From positions 1 through 36,169 of the forward strand of contig NIVC01002538.1 in the NCBI GenBank assembly GCA_002269645.1: 36,169 bases of DNA, read 5' to 3'. Shown piece by piece: positions 1 through 10,227 of this stretch. Made by a program: the position numbers and the translations under genes. Within the stretch, counting starts at the first letter, position 1; the number at the start of each line of letters is the position of its first letter. The stretch comes from Macrostomum lignano. Lineage: Eukaryota. A model generated the notes under the pieces. That model saw nothing but the letters and a program-made list of their open reading frames with translations. It did no database searches and had not been told where the DNA came from.

Positions 1-828
1 ATTTCTTAGAACTTATATATTGAAGGGAGCTAAAGTTATGTTTTCACTTTTAATAGAAAGATAAGGAGAGCTTTTAAATATCTTAAGGTCAAAGACTAAA
101 AAAACAACAAAGCTCTATATATGTATATTGTGTGGTTGGGTTATATACTAAAAGGTTTAAGTTAAGATAGATATTTTCATTTCTATACAAAAAGAGCTCT
201 AAATCCTACTTATACAGTCATTAGGATCAATCAGATTTTAAGAAAATTTACATTTTATTGTACTATTTACTTTTCTTTACTTTACTTTTTATACCAAATG
301 CATATTATGGTTTGTTTAGCAGGGACTAAAGTTAATTATTAGATATAGTTATCATAGATATAGGTAAATTTTGATATTATGTTAAAACTAAGTTATTAAT
401 CAATATTAAAACAAATATTTTAAGCTTAGGCCTCACTATAAATTAAAGTTTAAAAAATCCTTATTTGTTTTTGTTTTTAAAATTTGTAAAATTTATATTT
501 TGCCTATTAACATTGGATTTACTAAATTACTTTTTCCTAAGGCTAGGCCCAAGTATATAGCTATACATAGCTTATGGAGAATAACTAAGATATCAAGGCT
601 AAAGTCAGAAGCTACAGTAAATGTAGTATTAAATTCAATTTTAATTACATTATTTGTTGGCTCTTTATAAGGGGGGTCATTGAAGAAAAAGTGTCATGTT
701 GAAGTTAAGAGATTCATTTGGGAATTGCTGCACTGTCAAAGCTTGGAAGAGATTGCTATAATGCTATAATGACTCTTAGGGAGAATTGCTAAATGCTAAT
801 GCTATAGCTATGGGATCCTTTGGCAAAT

Positions 829-1060
829 AAGACAAAAAAGTAATCCAATCAATGGAAAAATATTTAATTTGTTTAATAGGCTTTGCTGCATTTATATAAG
901 CATGAGAGCAAAGTGGTTTTAAAATATGAGCACATTTTCATTTCAACCCCTTCCTCCTAGTCAATGCTTTACATATGGGCACGATGCAGATAAGGCCTTA
1001 GGTAGGCTATGTGGCATGCAGTGCATATGATATTTCCAAATAATCTTAGCATGCGGCATA
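829..1060 (+). repeat. Dispersed ~230-bp repeat, copy 1 (copy 2 at 1616-1849)
   Basis: AAGACAAAAAAGTAATCC...TTATATAAGCATGAGAGCAAAGTGG...TTCCTCCTAGTCAATGCTT...AGCATG(C/T)GGCATA aligns end to end with 1616-1849, differing by small indels and C>T/G>A changes. Confidence 0.9.
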
Positions 1061-1615
1061 CAAATAAGGGGGCCTATGGTAAAATAGGTGCTTATAGCAA
1101 TTATGGATTGCCTTTGGTAGATATGCTGCTCTTATAGCTACAACTATAGAAAATATGGTAGTTGATGTCATATTGTAGATTCATATAGCCATAGTTGTTA
1201 ATTTAAAAAAATATTAGAACAGGTAGAATAAAACAAAAATACTTTAGTAAACTGTATTATAGACTTAGATATAGGAATATGTAAATTGGGGCCCTCTACA
1301 GCTAGCTAAGGAATATAGAGAATTGGAATTGGAATAAGCCATTATATTTTGCTTATGGCTATGGCTATGGCACATAGACCCTCCTTATAATAGAACACTA
1401 TTAGAAGGTTAACAGGAAATTTTTAAGGCTTTAAGGCTTATTAGCCACATGCAAAATAGATTTGAAATAAAATTAAAGGTTTGGATTTAGCTAAGACTAT
1501 GAAAATTTAATTGGTAAAATCTTGATTCTAATTATTATTTTTGATATTTTAATTATAAAATTTTTGTTAAATAATTATAATATAATAGCTTTTTTTGTTA
1601 CTTTGTAGCAGAAAA

Positions 1616-1849
1616 AAGACAAAAAAGTAATCCCAATCAATAAAAAATATTTAATTTGTTTAAATAGGCCTTCGCTCATTTATATAAGCATGAGAGCAAA
1701 GTGGTTATTAAAATATTGAGCACATTTTCACTTTCAACCTTTCCTCCTAGTCAATGCTTCACATATGGTGCACAATGCAAATAAGGCCTTAGTAGGCCTA
1801 TGCAGCATGCAGTGCACATGATATTCAAATAATCTCAGCATGTGGCATA
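1616..1849 (+). repeat. Dispersed ~230-bp repeat, copy 2
   Basis: Direct-orientation homolog of 829-1060, aligned by eye. Confidence 0.9.
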
Positions 1850-2295
1850 GGCCATAGAGTCAAAAGTTTTGTTGCATGCCACAGCCAGGAAGACGGTAGA
1901 ATCCTCGGAATTTCCGGTGCAAATCAGCAATTTGCCGGCGCACGGCGCATCGGCGCATGGCTCGGTGGCATTGGTGCATGGCTCGGCGCGCATGGCGCAC
2001 AAGGTACGTCAGTGTACGTGACAATATAATAATGATATTGTATATTAAATGTCAATCAATAATAAAATAAACGATAGTCGATACGATAGTCGTTATTTCC
2101 AATGTTGTTTCTATTTCAAATTTCATTAATCGACTTAACAAACTTAACAAATTTGCGCCTTTCGCGGCTTTTGTTGCATCTTTTTGCTTATATTTTGCAA
2201 ATAGAAGCTATGATTGAACTGCTTGAACTTCCATTGATATTGATTCAATTTAGATACTTAATACTTGATGGTGCTTTTTCAAGTGTATTTTTCTT

Positions 2296-2368
2296 GGCGC
2301 ATGGCGCACAAGTAATTTTTTTTTCTCGGCGCACGCGGCGCACAAGTAATTTTTTTTTCTCGGCGCAC
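2296..2368 (+). repeat. Short GC-rich direct repeat (GGCGCACAAGTAATTTTTTTT(T)CTCGGCGCACGC, about 2 copies)
   Basis: Two near-identical ~34-bp units. The same GGCGCA/CATGGCGCAC core also recurs at 1935-2002. Confidence 0.8.
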
Positions 2369-3245
2369 GCGGCGCACAACAAAAATTTTGATGGATGTTA
2401 TTCCGGCGCACACGCTGCACCTTCCTGACCATGGGTTGCATGCATGGAACATCTTTGAGACTAGGCCTATGAGGCTATGGCACAGCTGCATACAAAAATT
2501 TTATATATGCACTGTGCATGAAGTCTCACTGCACGTGATAATGCACGCAGTGCAGGGGCCAAAAACCCTCATGCATGCCACAAATTTGTGGAGAAAACAG
2601 CATCTTGGGGAGAGTGGATTAGCACTAGGAATGCTATAAAATTATTAATAGGGCCTAAAATAGATTTAAAAATTAACAAAGACCTACAAGCCTACAAAAT
2701 TTAAATAGAAAGGGTCCCACTATAACAAAAATTTTATACACATAGCCATCCATAGCATAGGCCTAGCCTAGGCCTTAGGTACTAGGTAGTAGTAGGTAGA
2801 CTAAAAGGTAAAAGTGGGATAGCCCTAAAAGCCCCTAATGCATGTACATAATGTACACATGAAGATAGGCCTAAGGATAAGTGGAAGCAGTATATTAGAC
2901 ATGATCTGGACAGAACCGACTTCTACGCCGACAATAATTTCCTTACCATAGCATCATGTATAAGCTCTACAAACATGAAAGCATAGAATTTGATGCTGAA
3001 CTAACCTTCGTCGAACTCTTATTTTAGCAATTGCAATTTTGTAATTTCTTTTTTACATTTGATTTAGAACTATACTACAAGTTATAACAACAACGTTATA
3101 TTGACCAGAACAATATTGCATAACATATTATGTGCCTCAGTCTTAAGAAAACAAAATGTGTATAAATTAAGTAAATGGCTTTTAACTAGCAGCGTAAAAG
3201 CTTAGATCACAAATTTTAACATTACTGAATTTTTCGCTTTTTTTC

Positions 3246-3297
3246 CTGGAACCCCCTGCTGGAACCCCCTGCTGGAACCCCCTGCTGGAACCCCCTA
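3246..3297 (+). repeat. 13-bp tandem repeat CTGGAACCCCCTG x4
   Basis: Four consecutive units read directly. Confidence 0.95.
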
Positions 3298-3997
3298 GTA
3301 ATTTAAGACTACAATAAACGGCTACTGTAATGAGTCAATGACACATTTAGTTATCTAAAATACATTATCTTTTACTGATACAAAATCTTCACCACTTTAT
3401 GTTTTTGGGAAAGGAGATCAAGCAAATCACACCTCGGCCTGCTAGGCGAAAAAATCCTTTTTGGTTTTTGATCGCGTGTCTGCAGTTGGGTTGGCAACAA
3501 TTGTCTACAATTTACAGCAGACAAATACAATGATCTGATGTGATGGGTAGAGTGTCTATCAGTTAACATTATACACTTCGGGCTTTGGTACCTTTTATAC
3601 CTAAACCTCTAAAATTTGTAGTCACAAACTTTTGAAATGTTAAAATAAGATGACATAATTTTATATAATTTATAAATTTAATAATTGAATATTTTTTCAA
3701 TATTAACTAATAACTAATATTATAGACTATATCAATTGAACAAATCATTCCATCAAAATATGTGCTAACATAGAAATGAAATAGCTATATGATACTGTAA
3801 GTGTTGTATTAGTCATAATTTTTTAAATATTTAAATAGATAAAACAAATATATTACTGATTTCTATTGAAAAACTCATATTTCAAGTACATAACATACCA
3901 TTTTATATACTTCGGTTTTTAATATTAAAAGCATTCATTCCATCTTTGCCTTTCTCATGAATTTATTGACAGTGAAGTTGATCATCCAAACTTGGCA

Positions 3998-6895
3998 ATG
4001 AAGTGGCACAACTCAATTATTGCACTACTCTACTTGTTCTGTACTCATCTGCATGCTCATAAGCCTGAAACCAAAATCAACAAGGCTGATAATTTTAAAG
4101 CTAGTGGACAGCCGACTCCAGCCACCGCAGTAGGCTCCAAGCCAAGATTCGCTCCACCAAAGCTACCAGATGGTGCATATTATGCGCAGTATTTTCCCGG
4201 CCCAGGAAGTCCAGCCGACCATGGTCTAGTTCTGTCCCAGTCAAAGAAGGACTCTGATGAGCTGGCAGACAAGTACGATGGCCAGTGGTCCGTAGAGGTG
4301 CCGGATAGCTCTGCCATCGAGGGCGACTACGCTCTCGTGATGAAGAGTCCAGCAAAGCACTACGCCATCTCGGCCAAGCTCGACCGGCCATTTGTGTTCG
4401 ACCAGCCCGACAAGCAATTTGTTCTGCAGTACGATGTGAAATTCCAGCACGGCATGGAGTGCGGCGGCGCCTATCTGAAACTGCTGACTGACAGTCCCAG
4501 CCTTAACCTGACAGAGTTCACTGACAGGACAGCCTACACTATCATGTTCGGGCCTGACAAATGCGGCCCGGAGCACAAGCTGCACTTTATACTGCGCCAC
4601 CGCTGCCCAGCAACCGGCAATGTAGAAGAGAAACACGCCAGAAAGCCTCAAGTAGATTTGAGCGCCTACTTCAATGACAAGCGAACTCACCTGTACACTC
4701 TGGTTGTCAGCTCGGACAACAGTTTCCAAGTGTATATCGATCAAGTGCTAGTTAACAATGGCAGCCTTCTGGAGGACCTCCAGCCGCCAGTGAATCCTCC
4801 GCCGGATGCGGACGATTCCACCGACCAGAAGCCGGCCGATTGGGATGATCGAGAAAAAATCCCAGATCCCAAAGCTGTCCGGCCGGCCGACTGGGACGAG
4901 TCGCAGTCGGAGTTCATCGACGATGCCCAGGCCAGCGTGCCGGCCGGCTGGCTGCTGGACGAGCCGCCGACCGTGCCCGACACGACGGCTAAAAAGCCGG
5001 CCGACTGGGATGACGACATCGACGGAGCCTGGCAGCCGGCGCACATCGAAAATCCCAAGTGAGAGGCCGGTGAATGCGTGCTCTTCATGCTACTCTTTTA
5101 GGGCACCTCTACCCCCTCAGCTACTTCAGAGAGCACCTCTACACCCTCAGCTACTTCAGAGGGCACCTCTACACCCTCAGCTGCTTCAGGGGGCACCTCT
5201 ACACCCTCAGCTACTTCAGAGGGCACCTCTACCCCCTCAGCTACTTCAGAGAGCACCTCTACACCCTCAGCTACTTCAGGGGGCACCTCTACACCCTCAG
5301 CTACTTCAGAGAGCCCCTCTACACCCTCAGCTACTTCAGGGGGCACCTCTACCCCCTCAGCTACTTCAGAGAGCACCTCTACACCCTCAGCTACTTCAGA
5401 GAGCCCCTCTACACCCTCAGCTACTTCAGGGGCGCCTCTACCTCTCAACTATCAGAAGTGCCCCTACCCACTCACACTTTGAATTCCAAGGTGCAAAGAC
5501 GCGCCCGGCTGCGGGCCATGGACTCGGCCGAAAGTGAGGAATCCCCTGTACCGTGGCCAGTGGACTCCGCCATTGGTGGACAATCCGGCCTACAGAGGCG
5601 CCTGGCGACCCCGCCGGATTGCCAATGCGGATGGGTTCGTGGACAAGCAGCCTTGGAAATTTTCACCCATTGGTGCCATCGGCTTTGAGCTCTGGTCCGT
5701 GACTGAAGGCGTCGCATTTGACAATTTGCTGATAGTCGATCGCAAGCCGCTAGCCGACTCCTTCGCCGATCAGACTTGGTCGATAAAGCGCCAGGCTGAG
5801 CGCCAACAGGACTCGGCTCTGCAGGCTGTTTTTGACGCGGTGCGCGATGCCACCAACGATAGGCCGTGGATTTGGGCGGCGCTGCTAGTTGGAGTTGTAC
5901 TACCGCTAGTGCTACTCATTGCTTACTGTTGCTGTCTGCGCGAGAGCTCCCCAAGTTCGAAGGCCGCCGCCGCCGCCGCTCGGGCTAGGCGAAAGAAAAC
6001 AGACGGAGACGATGACTATGATTATGATGATGAGGATGACGAAGATGACGATGATGATCTTGTCGATGATGCGGCGCCGGCAGCTGCGGAGGCTGACTAT
6101 TATGACGACAGCGATGAACCGCCGGAACTGGTCGATTTGGACGCGCCTGACGATGAGTGAGTGTGGGTCCATGCTGGTTGCTGCTGCCCTCAGGGCTCTT
6201 CAGTAGGTGTGCTGCTGCCCTCAGGGCTCTTCAGTAGGTGTGCTGCTGCCCTCAGGGCTCTTCAGTAGGTGTGCTGCTGCCCTCGGTGCTCTTCAGTAGG
6301 TGTGCTGCTGCCCTCAGGGCTCTTCAGTAGGTGTGCTGCTGCCCTCGGTGCTCTTCAGTAGGTGTGCTGCTGCCCTCAGGGCTCTTCAGTAGGTGTGCTG
6401 CTGCCCTCGGTGCTCTTCAGTAGGTGTGCTGCTGCCCTCAGGGCTCTTCAGTAGGTGTGCTGCTGCCCTCGGTGCTCTTCAGTAGGTGTGCTGCTTCCCT
6501 CAGGGCTCTTCAGTAGGTGTGCTGCTGCCCTCGGTGCTCTTCAGTAGGTGTGCTGCTTCCCTCAGGGCTCTTCAGTAGGTGTGCTGCTGCCCTCGGTGCT
6601 CTTCAGTAGGTGTGCTGCTTCCCTCAGGGCTCTTCAGTAGGTGTGCTGCTGCCCTCGGTGCTCTTCAGTAGGTGTGCTGCTACTGCTGTGTAATATTATT
6701 ATTTTAAGTTAAGCTCGAAAAAATTATTTCTATTGAAAGTAGCGTCTATAGTACATATTCTCTATTATTGCCATTCACTTGAAACGAGAAAAGTAAGGTT
6801 TTTTATTTTGTTTTTTTTGCAGGCCAGAGGCGGAGCCGATCGGAGCGGAGCCCTCAGTCACGGGGCCGCGGCAGAGAACAGTCGGGAAGGCCTGA
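3998..6895 (+). CDS. CANX: Calnexin; join(3998..5058,5491..6156,6823..6895), 599 aa
   Basis: Signal peptide, lectin motifs ECGGAYLKLL and YTIMFGPDKCG, P-domain repeats (KPADWD, IPDPKAVRPADWD, NPKCKDAPGCGPW, NPLYRGQWTPP, NPAYRGAWRPRRI), one TM helix followed by CCC, and an acidic tail. Junctions AA|GTGAGA...CAAG|G and GA|GTGAGT...TTTTGCAG|G are both phase 2 and total 1800 nt. Exon 3 gives the tail ...GPRQRTVGKA*, resembling the basic calnexin C-terminus. Confidence 0.96.
5101..5456 (+). repeat. 30-bp minisatellite (GAGCACCTCTACACCCTCAGCTACTTCAGA, ~11-12 copies) in calnexin intron 1
   Basis: 30-nt periodicity visible directly; it explains the repetitive ORFs 4806..5537, 5074..5688 and 5098..5448. 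Confidence 0.97.
6180..6681 (+). repeat. 31-bp minisatellite (GTGTGCTGCTGCCCTCAGGGCTCTTCAGTAG, ~16 copies) in calnexin intron 2
   Basis: 31-nt periodicity; CAGGG and CGGTG variants alternate after the first few units, giving a 62-bp higher-order unit. Confidence 0.97.
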
Positions 6896-6948
6896 AAGAT
6901 CCAGATTCAACTCTGATCAATATTTTGTTATCGATTTATCGATTTGTA

Positions 6949-6954
6949 AATAAA
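6949..6954 (+). terminator. Probable polyadenylation signal of calnexin
   Basis: First AATAAA after the stop at 6895. Confidence 0.55.
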
Positions 6955-7448
6955 ATAGCTAGTTTAATCGACACTGGATTCGCGAGACTAAAAGTACAAG
7001 CTTTTTTGCATTTCTATACGCTTTTATTAATGCTCATTTAATCAGCATAGCAGTCTTCAGTTTTGTGTCTTAATATGCTCATAATTATTATGTACATGTA
7101 CGAAACCGTTCTATCATAAATACAGCTGAATTATTAATCGTTTATACTAATGCCTTTTTCTAGTGGAAATCTAATTCGAAACTGCTTGTTAGTTTAAATT
7201 ATTTCTAAAGCACTTTGGGCATTTCAAGTACCTGTACTGCTTTTCAATCATAGTTTTATAGATAACAAACATGCTCAGAGTTCTTTGCGAACCTGTTGTG
7301 CTTCTCACGCGCAGCCTTTATATTGATGAAGCGATTATTACGATAATGGCCCAGCCCAGGTTACCTTGTGTTGTGTGTCTTGTGTCATGCTGGTGCAACA
7401 CAACTGGATAAAAATTTGCACCTCTTCCTAATCTAACAGTTGAAGACG

Positions 7449-7680
7449 TAAGCTTAGCAGCCGCAGGGAGCAAGCCCGGACACCAAGTGAGTAGGTAAGC
7501 TTAGCAGCCGCAGGGAGCAAGCCCGGACACCAAGTGAGTAGGTAAGCTTAGCAGCCGCAGGGAGCAAGCCCGGACACCAAGTGAGTAGGTAAGCTTAGCA
7601 GCCGCAGGGAGCAAGCCCGGACACCAAGTGAGTAGGTAAGCTTAGCAGCCGCAGGGAGCAAGCCCGGACACCAAGTGAGT
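7449..7680 (+). repeat. 47-bp tandem repeat (TAAGCTTAGCAGCCGCAGGGAGCAAGCCCGGACACCAAGTGAGTAGG) x~5
   Basis: Five essentially identical units read directly. Confidence 0.97.
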
Positions 7681-8505
7681 AAAAATATTTTACGTTCGCA
7701 CTTGTCATGATTCTGGAAATGGAACTTTTCAGAAGGCAGCAGATAAAACCGAAAATTTGCAGATACGAGCTGGTACATGTGTAGCAGTGGTAAAATCAGG
7801 GTTTTTTAATACCAAACACAAGCCGACACGAGAGCATTGAAAGCGCGGACGGATTAACGCCGTAGATCAAATAGTTGCCGCCCCAGCGCATCGGATTTGA
7901 CAATTCTTATCTGGAATTAAGTAGCAGCACAGGCGCAGCCATGCAAAGGAGATTAGGGACCCCGGAGAGGAGAGAGGAGGAGAGGAGATCGGCCTCGTTC
8001 GCGCTCGGAGCAATCTGATTCGAACTGCATGATCGGCAGTCGAGCTTGGCCATTGGCTGTATTCCATTGTCGGATAGACTCGTGTAATCATTAATTGCTA
8101 TTTGCTTTCCTCTAGATCTGCTCATTGCATGCTCATGAGTGCGCATGAGAACTGCTCAATTAGAGTCCCTTCTGCACCAGCTTGATCTGTATATTAGTCA
8201 AGTGCATTAACCGCCGTGCATAAGCTAATGAACTCTGCTTCAAGGTGCAAAGGTAAGCTTTATGAATTCATTTTATTCTTGCTCACTTTATAGTTAATTA
8301 CATTTATTCGACGTCGATAACGTCGACCGACGTTTCCGACGTCTAACGACGTCGCTGATAGATACGTACTTTTACATTGCACCGACGTTCGGCCGAGGTA
8401 TGACGTCGTTATCGGCCGATGTAATGTAAATGTGCATATTTGCCAGCAACGTCTCACAGCACAGGATTATGATCCACGTCTCTGACTGGAGTTAACCGGC
8501 TGCTG

Positions 8506-8964
8506 ATGACCGAATTGTATTCCGCTAACAGACTAAACGCAGACAAAAGCCAGTCAGCCATAACGATGACAAAGAGCGACTTGCCCATGCTCAGCCTGCA
8601 CGAAATGGCCCTGATGACTCAACCACTGGATCCGTGGACCAGCGAGCGGCTGAGCAGTAACGATGCCGAGGAGTGCAGCAGCGAGACGCCGGCCAACCTG
8701 CCGCCAGACTGGAATCGGAGCCTGCGCCGAGTCTGCGGCGACAGCTGGAGGCTGCGAAGCGGCCGCGCCTTCGGCGGCAGCGGCGGCGGCCAAGGAGGCA
8801 GCTCAGACGGGCACGTCGGAGACGACGGCACAGGCTGGGCAGCCGGCGATGCTGGCAAGATTATTTGCGCCACGATGGCCTTTCTCAGCTTCCTTGGCCT
8901 CATCTTGATGCTACTGATTGCGCTGCTTCTGCGTCGGGATGGTTCGCGAGGCAATTCTGACTGA
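8506..8964 (+). CDS. Hypothetical 152-aa single-pass (tail-anchored-like) membrane protein
   Basis: ATG-started intronless ORF with GC-rich, gene-like codon usage. It has a Gly/Ser linker, a 24-residue hydrophobic stretch IICATMAFLSFLGLILMLLIALLL and then RR near the C-terminus. ATTAAA lies at 9138-9143. No family recognised. Confidence 0.5.
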   Translation: MTELYSANRLNADKSQSAITMTKSDLPMLSLHEMALMTQPLDPWTSERLSSNDAEECSSETPANLPPDWNRSLRRVCGDSWRLRSGRAFGGSGGGQGGSSDGHVGDDGTGWAAGDAGKIICATMAFLSFLGLILMLLIALLLRRDGSRGNSD

Positions 8965-9832
8965 CACGATGTCCTTTATGAATGGCATGGTTGCCTCTTG
9001 ACTGAACTTGATGTCCCTCCTGAGTGACACGATGTCCTTAATTGGCTGTTTGCCAGTTTGTAATTGTAAAGCATCCCATAATAGTTGCTTACCATTGAAT
9101 TAACTTCATGAAAGCTAGTGAACACAGCTTAAGAATTATTAAAAAGGACGGGCTATAAATTCTATATAATACAGGACTGAATTGAATCACCACTCATCGA
9201 CAGAAGACTTTGAAAGGCTTGTAATGAAGAGTGGAAGCCCTCCGAGGCTAACAGAAAGCAATGAAAGTTTAATAATTCTTTGTGTTTAAGCACCAATGTA
9301 AAATTTATACCGAGACAGGAAAGAAACAAACCAAAGAAGCAGAGAAATATTGGAAGTTGACTTTATCTTAAGCAAAAAGAATATTTCCCAATAGAGTGGA
9401 CGGAACCGTGGCAGAAATCCTCTCACTGGTACCATGTAAGTTCAGTTTTCTGCCATGCGCGATGCAGAATCTTTACTGTGTAGCTTGGCAGCTTCAGCTA
9501 ACCGACTTCACACAGTGTACCCAGTGTAGCTGAATTCAGCTGGAGGACCGGGGATGCGGAAAAAGGCTTTCCGCGCCGAGTTCAGCTGCTGACCGCGTGC
9601 GCAACCGCAACAGCAGCTAGAACTGCGGGATAGAGACGGACACACGGCTTCAATAGGATCGATTCTGCAGCTGTACTGTCAGAATTTACCTATTCCCCCC
9701 CCCCCAAGTACGCAACGGCAGTGCACCGCATGCTTGCGAGGCAATATTGATCAATCAGCATTCCTGGCGATGCCGGGGCGGTCGAACGATGCAGAGATGG
9801 GCCGCGGCCTGTGCAATGGCCTTTTTACCATA

Positions 9833-9842
9833 CCATAAAAGG
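9833..9842 (+). promoter_or_regulatory. CArG box (SRF site) upstream of the myosin RLC gene
   Basis: CCATAAAAGG matches CC(A/T)6GG, ~390 bp upstream of the predicted TSS; CAGCTG E-boxes lie at 9537, 9583 and 9668. Confidence 0.5.
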
Positions 9843-10194
9843 TCAGCGCGCAGTTCCAGGCTGAATCCTTCCTTTCGTCCTCCGCTGAACCCCAGTTCCG
9901 GAACACCACCCCCCTCTCTCATCCCTCCGGTGAGGCTGCCTTGACTTCTTTACCTTGCTGTGGTCGTTTGCTACGTGACGCGACTGCATCAAGGAATACA
10001 AAAACTGTGTCCGCGGCTTTTCGCAGTGCCGTCCCGCCCGCTCGGTCATTTCGCATTTCTCCCCAAACCATCCAAGGCTGCTCCCCCGTCTGTTGGCCGC
10101 TCCGTGCTTTCAAGGTAGGCGAATTGAATTTTATAGCTAAGGAAAAATTGGTCGTCAGTCGCGATAGACAGACAACTGTTCCACCGGCTGGCAT

Positions 10195-10227
10195 TATATA
10201 ATTTCACATTTCAGCGCGAAATCAGTT
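10195..10227 (+). promoter_or_regulatory. Core promoter of myosin RLC: TATA box plus initiator
   Basis: TATATAA at 10195-10201 and TCAGTT at 10222-10227, with the initiator A 29 nt from the first T; the ATG follows at 10275. Confidence 0.7.

Noticed and set aside
4806-5688. Repetitive ORFs overlapping calnexin
   Set aside because: They are alternative frames of calnexin exons plus the 30-bp intronic array.
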